Shown here piece after piece: positions 56,912 to 64,000 of a DNA stretch of 64,000 bases. Position numbers and translations under genes: made by a program. Position 1 is the first letter of the stretch. Each line of letters opens with the position of its first letter. The notes under the pieces were generated by a model. That model was not told where the DNA came from. It did not search any database and was given only the letters and a program-made list of their open reading frames with translations. The DNA is from an uncultured Planctomycetota bacterium (GTDB lineage Bacteria; Planctomycetota; PLA2; JAEUHO01). The stretch covers positions 352,001 through 416,000 of the forward strand of contig CAVVXN010000002.1 in assembly GCA_963752285.1 (NCBI GenBank), written 5' to 3'.

Positions 56912-58032
56912 CCGCCGCCCAAGACCCCCTCGTCTCCCTGCTCGTCGAGCGCGCGCTCGTGACGCAGGACCAGATCGCCGAGGCGCGCCGGATCCAGCAG
57001 CAGATGGAGTCCATGGGTCTCCGCGCGCGGTCCGTCCCGGACGTCCTCGTCGAGAAGGGCTGGCTCGACGGGACCGACCTCGAGAGCCTGCAGAAGGACC
57101 TGCACACCGTCGAGGGACGGGACCAGGTCGCGGGCTACAAGCTGCTCGAGCTCGTCGGTCGCGGCTCGATGGGGGCGGTCTACAAGGCCAAGCAGCTCTC
57201 GCTCGACCGCGTCGTCGCGCTGAAGGTGCTCGACCCCGAGCTCGCACGGGACGAGGCGTACGTCGCGCGCTTCCTCAAGGAGGCGCGCGCGGTCGCGCGG
57301 CTCTCGCACACGAACCTCGTGTCCGGTATCGACGTCGGCGAGGAGGGCGGTGTTCGGTACCTCGCGATGGAGTTCGCCGACGGCGTCACGCTCGCGCGCG
57401 TGCTGCGCCGCGGCGGGGCGCTCGACGAGGAGCGCGCGCTCTGGCTCGGGACCCAGATCGGTCGCGCGCTCGAGTACGCGCACAAGAACGGGCTCGTGCA
57501 CGGCGACCTGAGGCCCGAGAACGTGATCATCACCGGCGACGGCGTGGCAAAGGTCTCCGACCTGGGCGTGGCGCGCCGCGAGGCGGACGCGACCGAGGAG
57601 GGCCGCGAGCTCAAGGGCTCGCCCGACTACCTGAGCCCCGAGCAGGCGCGCGGGCTCGAGAACGTCGGGCCGCCCGCCGACCTTTACGCGCTCGGCTGCA
57701 TCCTCTTCCACATGCTCACGGGACGCGTGCCCTTCCCCGCGGAGCAGCGCGAGGCCACCGTCGCGAAGCACCTGACCGAGCCGGCCCCCGCCGTGGAGAG
57801 CCTCGCGCCCGAGACGTCCGCCGAGACCTCGGCGATCGTCGCGCGTCTGCTCCAGAAGAACCCGACCGAGCGCATGCCGAGCGCGACGGCGCTCCTCGAG
57901 GCGCTCGACGACGCGACGACGCGCCTCAAGGCGGCGCGCCTCCGCGCGGCGCCGCCTTCCTCCTCCGCGCGCCCGGGTGCCCCGTCCTCCGCCGGCGGCG
58001 CGCCCGTGGTCCGCCGTCGCCGTCGCCGCTGA
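56908..58032 (+). CDS. Cytoplasmic Hanks-type Ser/Thr protein kinase
   Basis: GRGSMGAVYKA, VALK, HGDLRPEN, DLG, GSPDYLSPEQ and DLYALG motifs; no TM segment; ATGA overlap with ybeY. Confidence 0.92.
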   Translation: MTAAQDPLVSLLVERALVTQDQIAEARRIQQQMESMGLRARSVPDVLVEKGWLDGTDLESLQKDLHTVEGRDQVAGYKLLELVGRGSMGAVYKAKQLSLDRVVALKVLDPELARDEAYVARFLKEARAVARLSHTNLVSGIDVGEEGGVRYLAMEFADGVTLARVLRRGGALDEERALWLGTQIGRALEYAHKNGLVHGDLRPENVIITGDGVAKVSDLGVARREADATEEGRELKGSPDYLSPEQARGLENVGPPADLYALGCILFHMLTGRVPFPAEQREATVAKHLTEPAPAVESLAPETSAETSAIVARLLQKNPTERMPSATALLEALDDATTRLKAARLRAAPPSSSARPGAPSSAGGAPVVRRRRRR

Positions 58033-58118
58033 CCGTCCCGCCGGCGCGAACGACGTCGTCGTGCGCGTGCACCGGCCCCGGGACCCCGCGCGGGACGACC
58101 GTCTCGGCGGCGGCCACA

Positions 58119-59558
58119 TCAGAGGATCGGAGCGAGGAGGCCTGCGGCGTTTCGGAGCAGTCGGCCGCCGAGCCCGAAGCGGACCTCCTCGGAGCGGAGC
58201 CGTCGGGCGTGGGCGATCTCGCGATCGATGAGCGTACGCAGTGCGACGGCCGTCGGGGGGTGGGGAAAGGCGGCGTTGAGCTCGAAGTTCAGTCGAAGGC
58301 TCCGTGCGTCCATGTTCGCGCTGCCGAGCGTGCCCCACTCGTCGTCGACGACCAGGATCTTGCCGTGGAGCATGCGAGGATAGACCCACACCTCGAGGCC
58401 GGCGTCCATGAGGCGCGGAAGGATGCTCTCCATCGCGAGGCGCACCGGAACGTGGTCCGTCCGGGCAGGGACCAGGAGCCGCACGGGCAGGCCGCGCAGC
58501 ACCACGGCGCGAATGGCCGCCATCAGCGGTTCCGGCGGAAGGAAGTAGGGCGTCATGATGTCCACGCGCACGCGTGCCGCGGCGATGGCGGCGAAGAAGA
58601 GATCCTCGATCTGGCTCGTCTCTCGGTCGGGGCCGCCCGCGACCACCTGCACGGGGACGTGACCGTGAGGAACGGCCCTTCGGAAGTACCGCTCGTCGGC
58701 GAGAGGCTCCCGGGTGGCGAACTGCCAGTCCTCGAGGAACGCGCGCTGGAGTCCGAGCGCCGCCGGCCCCACGATCCGCACGTGCGCGTCGCGCCACCGG
58801 TTCGTCTCCGCGTACTCGTCGGCGATGTTCATGCCGCCGGTGAACCCGGTGTGGCCGTCCACCACGATGATCTTGCGGTGGTTCCGGAGATTGACGCGCA
58901 GGCCCGGGTGGAGGGGGCCCACGGGAAGGAACGCGGCCACGACCCCGCCGGCTTGCACGAGGGGCTGGAAGAGGGTCACCGGGGTGCGGTAGGAACCCCA
59001 GGCGTCGTAGAGCACACGGACGGCCACGCCGCGGGCTGCGGCGCGCGCGAGCGCGGCCACCACCGTGTGGCCGGTCCGATCCGCTCGGATGATGTAGGTC
59101 TCGACGTGGACATGGTCGTGCGCGCCGTCGATGGCCTCGAGCACCGCGGCGAATGCGACCGGTCCCTCCGCGAGCAGCAGCACCTCGTTGCCCGGATACG
59201 GCGGGAAGGCTCCCATGACCTCGGCGGTTCGCACGAGCTCGGGCGAGAATGCGTGGCCGAGCTGCTGGGCTACCGACTCTCGGAAGGGACGCTCGATGGA
59301 CTCCACGTACGAGGCGTGGCCATGGCGGAGGAGGAGCACCTTTCGTCGCAGGCGACTCCGGCCGAGAACCCAGTAGAAGAAGAGGCCGAGCCCGGGCAGA
59401 CCCAAGACGACCAAGACCCATCCGATCCGGCCCTGGGGTGTCTTCGGGGCCAGGAGGATCACGGGAATCGTCGCCAGGCTCGGCAGGATGCTCAGCATCC
59501 AGAGGTGGACGAACACCGATTCCCAGGCGAGACCCAGGGTGAACATCGAGATCGTCAT
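58119..59558 (-). CDS. cls: Cardiolipin synthase (phospholipase D family)
   Basis: Two HxK(x4)D motifs (NHRKIIVVD, LHGKILVVD), WRD.H, TPYF and GSANMD.RS..LNFE; N-terminal TM pair. Confidence 0.93.
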   Translation of the reverse strand: MTISMFTLGLAWESVFVHLWMLSILPSLATIPVILLAPKTPQGRIGWVLVVLGLPGLGLFFYWVLGRSRLRRKVLLLRHGHASYVESIERPFRESVAQQLGHAFSPELVRTAEVMGAFPPYPGNEVLLLAEGPVAFAAVLEAIDGAHDHVHVETYIIRADRTGHTVVAALARAAARGVAVRVLYDAWGSYRTPVTLFQPLVQAGGVVAAFLPVGPLHPGLRVNLRNHRKIIVVDGHTGFTGGMNIADEYAETNRWRDAHVRIVGPAALGLQRAFLEDWQFATREPLADERYFRRAVPHGHVPVQVVAGGPDRETSQIEDLFFAAIAAARVRVDIMTPYFLPPEPLMAAIRAVVLRGLPVRLLVPARTDHVPVRLAMESILPRLMDAGLEVWVYPRMLHGKILVVDDEWGTLGSANMDARSLRLNFELNAAFPHPPTAVALRTLIDREIAHARRLRSEEVRFGLGGRLLRNAAGLLAPIL

Positions 59559-59572
59559 GAAGGGGGCTCGGC

Positions 59573-60163
59573 CTACCGGTTCCCCGACGGAGCTCCTGCC
59601 GTCACCGCAAAGCGCAGCGCCTGCTCCACGCTCATGGACACGGGCGTGAGCGAGGATCGACGCGCCAGCACCGAGTATCCGCCGAGACCGTAGCTCATCG
59701 GGACGTAGACGACGGCGACCGGGTCGCCTTCCTCTCCGGGGTCGATCTCGGGCACCTCGTGTCGGGTGACGAGTCCGAGCATCCGGACCGGGGAGGCGGC
59801 GATCTTCACGAGCACCACCTGATCGACCCGCTCGGGGCCCTGCCTGGTGAACAGGGAGAGCAGGTCGCTCACCGAACCGTAGATCGTCTTGACGAGCGGA
59901 ACTCGGTCCATCAGGGTTCGGAAGTACGCCCCGATCTTCCGCGCGACGACGGCGCGCATGATCAGCCCCACGGCCACGAGGAGCGCAAACGCCAGGACGA
60001 GACCCGCGCCAGGTATGTAGAGGCGGTCGGGCACGGCGCGGCGCAAGATCCCCCCCAGGATCGTCTCGGCGCCGGAACCCAGCCACCAGCCGATGTAGAG
60101 CGTGATGGCGACCGGAAGCACCGTGACGAGTCCGCTCAACGCGAGCTTCCCGATGGTCTTCAT
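59573..60163 (-). CDS. DUF502 family membrane protein
   Basis: GL..VLP..IT, RVPLVKTIY.SV, VYVP.S..GG and MSVEQA..F..TAG motifs. Confidence 0.88.
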   Translation of the reverse strand: MKTIGKLALSGLVTVLPVAITLYIGWWLGSGAETILGGILRRAVPDRLYIPGAGLVLAFALLVAVGLIMRAVVARKIGAYFRTLMDRVPLVKTIYGSVSDLLSLFTRQGPERVDQVVLVKIAASPVRMLGLVTRHEVPEIDPGEEGDPVAVVYVPMSYGLGGYSVLARRSSLTPVSMSVEQALRFAVTAGAPSGNR

Positions 60164-60398
60164 GCCATCTCCTCCGGGCGTCCTGTCGGCGCACACGACG
60201 TGTACGGCATCCCGCCGCGGAGATCCACAAACGGTGCGGGCTCCACCCCGCCCGGGCGCTCGGGTCCGTTCGGTACCGGTGTGCATCCGGCCGCGGCGGG
60301 ACGAAGGCCCGGCACGGGGCGGCCACCGACGTCGAAGGGCGCCGGGGGGACGCCCGCCGGTCGAGCCGATCGGCGGGCGTCCCTTCGAGCCGGCGTTC

Positions 60399-61646
60399 CT
60401 ACCGCGCCTGCGGACCGGGGACGCGCGACTCCGTAGGGGCGTTCGAGGGCGCGGCCGGTTGAGAGCGCCCGGGGTTGACCGGGTCGGACACCGGGCACGT
60501 GTCCTTCGGCGACTCGGGGTCGGAGCCCTTCTCGACGAACGGCGCGTCCTCGGGCGACGTCGCCGCCGCGGTACGCAGCGTGGCCTCGTCGATCTGGTGC
60601 CACGACGGGTCCGGATCGAAGGACTCGATCTTCGCCGCGACCCGGAGCGAATCGGGCCCCAGGTCCTTCTCGTAGACTCGGCCCTGGTTGCTCACGACGA
60701 ACGACATGATGCCGGTGTTGCGGTGCGTCGCCGGCACGCCGAGCAGCGCGAAACCGGCGATCATGCGGCCATTGATCACGTACGAGTAGGCGCCGCCGAG
60801 CGCGTGCGGGCCCTGGGCCGTGAGGATCCGCCAGTAGTAGCCGCCGAAGGGGGCCTTCGCGTCCAGCGCAGCCTTCTGCGCCGCCTCGAGCGGCGTCAGC
60901 TCCGGCCCCGCCGGGCTCAGCTCCTCGTCCGCCGTCGACTCCCAGCAGAGTCCGTCCTTCTCCCCCGGCGTGGAGACGAGCCGCTGCGCGTACTCCTTGA
61001 CGCCGTCGCCGTTGCGATCCATCGAGGCGTACTGGACCTGGGCGTCGGCGTAGGCGAGGCAGATGCCGATCGCCTCCAGCTCGTACTCGCCGATCCGCCG
61101 GACGAGCAGCTCCTCGCGGCCGGCCGCGGTGTCGGCCATCCACCCGCCGTCCTTGTGGACCAACGGGATCGCGAGCGGGTAGCTCAGCGGTCCGACCACG
61201 CATACGACGCGCCCGTCGGACTGCTTCGCCAAGGTGAGATGGGACTTGGCTGCGGTCGCCAGCTCGGCACGCTCCGTACGCACGGTAGGGTCGCTGCCGT
61301 CTTGCACGAGGTCTTCGTTGCCCGGGCCCATGATGGCCTTGAGCGCCGCGTCGTCGTTCTTGTCGAACGCCTCGAACAGCGCCTTGGCCGCGGCCTCGGG
61401 CGTCTCGAAGGTCTTCCCCAGGGAGGGGCTCGGCGGGACGACGGGGGTACCGACGTCGGTGGGGGCCTCCGGCGGGGCGGCGGGCGTGTCGGGCGCGACG
61501 GGGGCGGCCGGTGTCGGCGGCTCCTCGCCGGCGGGAGCCGTCAGGGACACGACGCCGATCGTCGCGAGGAACGCGAAGGCGAAGTACGTGGCAGCGCGAC
61601 CGAGACGAGGAGCGACGCGCTCGACGGGGGGGACTCGGCAGGACAT
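60399..61646 (-). CDS. DUF2950 family exported protein
   Basis: F.TPE.AA.AL, G.EELL.RRIG..E, AQ..YA, ST.G..DGL.W, P..GYY.RIL.AQG, GFAL...PA...TGIMSF.V and VYEKDLG motifs; start uncertain. Confidence 0.88.
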   Translation of the reverse strand: MSCRVPPVERVAPRLGRAATYFAFAFLATIGVVSLTAPAGEEPPTPAAPVAPDTPAAPPEAPTDVGTPVVPPSPSLGKTFETPEAAAKALFEAFDKNDDAALKAIMGPGNEDLVQDGSDPTVRTERAELATAAKSHLTLAKQSDGRVVCVVGPLSYPLAIPLVHKDGGWMADTAAGREELLVRRIGEYELEAIGICLAYADAQVQYASMDRNGDGVKEYAQRLVSTPGEKDGLCWESTADEELSPAGPELTPLEAAQKAALDAKAPFGGYYWRILTAQGPHALGGAYSYVINGRMIAGFALLGVPATHRNTGIMSFVVSNQGRVYEKDLGPDSLRVAAKIESFDPDPSWHQIDEATLRTAAATSPEDAPFVEKGSDPESPKDTCPVSDPVNPGRSQPAAPSNAPTESRVPGPQAR

Positions 61647-61694
61647 GGAAAACCTCCGATGGCTCTGGGGGGAACTCTGGCGACGGCGGGGCGA

Positions 61695-63176
61695 TCAGGA
61701 CCCGGACCCGGACGGGTTTCGGCGCCCGCGCGCCGCTTCGATGCGGGCGCGCACGCCGTCGAGCACCGGATGCGACGAGCGGACCTGCGGTCCGAGCACG
61801 CGCCGCGGCGTGGCCTTGGGCGCCGGTGCGGCACGGGGCGTGGCGGGGGCCCGCGCCGCGGGCGCGGCACGGGGCGTGGCGGGGACCCTCGGCGCCGGCG
61901 CGGCATGGGGCGTGGCGGGGACCCTCGGTGCCGGCGCGGCGCGCGGCGCCGGAGCGGTGGTGACCGGAGGCGGCGTGGTGCGGTCCGGGCCCTGGATGCT
62001 CCCGCGGCCGCGGCGGCGCCACGCGTCCACGCTCTGGCCGTCTACGACGTTGGGGGTCGGCGCGAGGATGCGCCGCGGGGGGGCCACGATGGGGCGACGA
62101 GCGGGAGCCGGCGTCGGCGCGGTCCTCCCCGGAGGCGTTACGACGCGCGGGGTCGGGGTGGGCCTCGCCCGCGGCGACCACCGGGTGATCGGAGCCGCCG
62201 GCGCCAGAGGCTGCGTCCGCGCGCGCGCGGTGGGCGCGGCGTTCGATCGCCAGATCGTGTTCGTGTACCTCCTCGGAGGGGGCGGCGTCACGTTCACCAT
62301 CCGCATCCCCGTTCCGCGGGTGCCGACGCGCGGTGCGGCGGGCCTCGCGATCCCGACCGACTCGCGCCACCCGGAGTGGAGCCAGGGCTGGTCGGCGTGC
62401 CGCGGCGCGCTCCAGAGCAGGGGCCGGCGCGTGCCCCAGTCGGCGGCGCTGTTGCGCCAGCGGCCCCACCACCACGTGTCGCCGTAGTCGTAGATCCCGT
62501 AGCCCCACAGGATGCGGTAGCGACCCCAAAGGCCGCGGCTACCGAACGAGAACGAGAGCCACGACCGGTAGAAGACGAGCCCCGGCGCCCAGGAGTCGAG
62601 CGTCCAGGGGTCGTAGACGGGGATGTAGACGTAGTTGGGATTCCGCGCCACGATGACGATCGTGGTCCCCCGCTCGACGGCGACGACCTGGTTCTCGGTC
62701 GACACGAGGGCGCCTCTGGCCAGGGCCCTCGCACGGTAGCGCTGGACCGCGTCGAGGACGTCCGCCTGCGCCGTGGCGACGGCGAACCCCATCTGCTCGA
62801 CCCAGGACGGGTTGTCGCCCATCCACTCGAGCACGTCCGGGAACTGGAGGAGGGCCACGAGGCTCGCGTCCCACGTGGAACCCGCCGGCGCGCCCTGGAC
62901 CACGCCACGATTCGATGCGACGAATCGGGCCGCCGCCACGACGTCGAGCGGAGCCTCGGTGGCGGGGAGCAGGGAATCGAGGACGACGTCGGGGTAGAGC
63001 GCGACGGGGGCGACCAGCTCGTCGAGCTCCGCCGCGGAGAGCAGAGCCGGTGCATACGGGTCGTCGGGCTGTCCCATGGCGCGGGCTCCCCCGACCGTGA
63101 TCGCCGCGAGCGCCACGAGGGTGCCGGCGAGGGAAAGCATGGAACGGCGCCGGGTGGGGAGGACGGTCGGGCGCAT
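61695..63176 (-). CDS. DUF3300 family exported protein with Pro/Arg-rich tail
   Basis: ELDELVAPVALYPD, WD.S..AL..FP.VL..M, DVLDAVQR.R.RA and YVYIPVYDP motifs; upstream of DUF2950, its usual partner. Confidence 0.88.
   Translation of the reverse strand: MRPTVLPTRRRSMLSLAGTLVALAAITVGGARAMGQPDDPYAPALLSAAELDELVAPVALYPDVVLDSLLPATEAPLDVVAAARFVASNRGVVQGAPAGSTWDASLVALLQFPDVLEWMGDNPSWVEQMGFAVATAQADVLDAVQRYRARALARGALVSTENQVVAVERGTTIVIVARNPNYVYIPVYDPWTLDSWAPGLVFYRSWLSFSFGSRGLWGRYRILWGYGIYDYGDTWWWGRWRNSAADWGTRRPLLWSAPRHADQPWLHSGWRESVGIARPAAPRVGTRGTGMRMVNVTPPPPRRYTNTIWRSNAAPTARARTQPLAPAAPITRWSPRARPTPTPRVVTPPGRTAPTPAPARRPIVAPPRRILAPTPNVVDGQSVDAWRRRGRGSIQGPDRTTPPPVTTAPAPRAAPAPRVPATPHAAPAPRVPATPRAAPAARAPATPRAAPAPKATPRRVLGPQVRSSHPVLDGVRARIEAARGRRNPSGSGS
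61828..61935 (-). repeat. Three 36-nt tandem coding repeats (12 aa, APAPRVPATPxA-like) in the DUF3300 tail
   Basis: + strand unit gcggcaYggggcgtggcgggg...ggc at 61828, 61864 and 61900. Confidence 0.85.
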
Positions 63177-63387
63177 GACGGGCTCCACGGACAGGAGGTG
63201 CGGACGTCCCTTGGATGCCGTGCCCGACGCCTCGGGCCCGACAATCCACGCGCATGGCCCCCGCGGCACCGCGCGACACGAGAACGGGCCGCGAGGCGTC
63301 GTGTGCCTCGCGGCCCGCGGTGGAGCATCGAGTCGGTTCCGGCGCGCGTGCGCGCCCCGGACCGGACCGCGCGGATCCGCGTCCGGG

Positions 63388-64000
63388 CTATCGACTGAGG
63401 CTCGTGTACACGCTCTCGGTGACTACGCGCGAGGTGCCCATCTGGGTCCCCGCGTGAGTCGCGTGCCCGTCCGGGACGACCGTCACCCACTCGCCGGGGA
63501 TCACGCGGCTCTGGGTGAACGTCACGGTCCGCTCGGGCTGGACGATGTACGTCTCGGTCCGGTAGCCCGCGAGGCGACGCTCGGTCCGCGTGCCGTTCTG
63601 GACGACCTCCACGCGGGTGCCGGCGAAGACCTGCCGGGTGTCCGTGCGCGCCAGGTATCGCTCCGGCCGCGTGCCGGACTGGTACCGCTCGGTGCGGTAG
63701 CCGGCGAGGCGCTGCTCGGTTCGCGTGCCGTCCTGGTAGGACTCGCAGCGGGTGCCGCGGGTGTACTGCTGGGTGGTGTAGCCGGCGAGGCGCCGCTCGG
63801 TCCTCGAGCCGCACTGGACCCGCTCCGTGCGATAGCCCGACAGGCGCTGCTCGGTACGGGTTCCGCTCTGGTAGCGTTCGGTCCTCGAGCCGCAGACCTG
63901 CACCGTGGTCTGGCCCGTGCACGGGTCACAGACCGTTTGCGTGACGGGGACTTCCCGCGTGGCGTACTCGGGGATCTCTACGCCCGCGTACTCGGGGACG
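63388..64000 (-). CDS. Beta-rich repeat protein, 5' end outside the window
   Basis: The frame is open from the window edge: VPEYAGVEIPEYATREVPVTQTVCDPCTGQTTVQVC, then 13 nine-residue units G[TSY]RTE[RQ]xxx, stop at 63388. Confidence 0.8.
   Translation of the reverse strand, partial: VPEYAGVEIPEYATREVPVTQTVCDPCTGQTTVQVCGSRTERYQSGTRTEQRLSGYRTERVQCGSRTERRLAGYTTQQYTRGTRCESYQDGTRTEQRLAGYRTERYQSGTRPERYLARTDTRQVFAGTRVEVVQNGTRTERRLAGYRTETYIVQPERTVTFTQSRVIPGEWVTVVPDGHATHAGTQMGTSRVVTESVYTSLSR
63541..63891 (-). repeat. 13 degenerate 27-nt (9-aa) tandem coding repeats
   Basis: GSRTERYQS/GTRTEQRLS/GYRTERVQC/GSRTERRLA/GYTTQQYTR/GTRCESYQD/GTRTEQRLA/GYRTERYQS/GTRPERYLA/RTDTRQVFA/GTRVEVVQN/GTRTERRLA/GYRTETYIV. 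Confidence 0.88.

Overview
A very GC-rich (by eye >70%), densely coded bacterial window of about 60 genes. A Planctomycetota-like organism is inferred from the PEP-CTERM protein, Ser/Thr kinase, ferritin-like family and beta-repeat protein; this is not proven. Most long ORFs in the supplied track are shadow frames, so starts were re-called by hand. Housekeeping genes include uppP, anmK, dut, deoC, archease-rtcB, mgtE, trxB, thiI, tldD/E, an NAD-type isocitrate dehydrogenase, larB, carA, purA, cdsA, phoH, ybeY and cls. An 11-gene complex I operon (nuoABCDHIJKLMN) lacks nuoEFG. Best leads: (1) a gene the ORF track truncates, 5343-5963(-), encoding an exported tandem heavy-metal-associated (HMA) protein whose metal motif reads GMG-TGA-GPC, with a SECIS-like hairpin right after the TGA, i.e. 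a candidate UxxC selenoprotein; (2) an IscS homolog that keeps the persulfide Cys but has Arg at the PLP-binding Lys; (3) a ferritin-like protein with four 27-aa repeats encoded 3 nt after nuoN; (4) an Lgm/Nax-like GT2-deacetylase-ArnT operon carrying an extra carbamoyltransferase; (5) a C39-like peptidase/RimK/GCS2/MFS peptide-ligase operon; (6) a partial protein with 13 nine-residue beta repeats. Three genes are split by apparent 1-nt deletions in or beside G/C runs, probably assembly errors. No tRNA, rRNA, CRISPR array or transposase was recognised.
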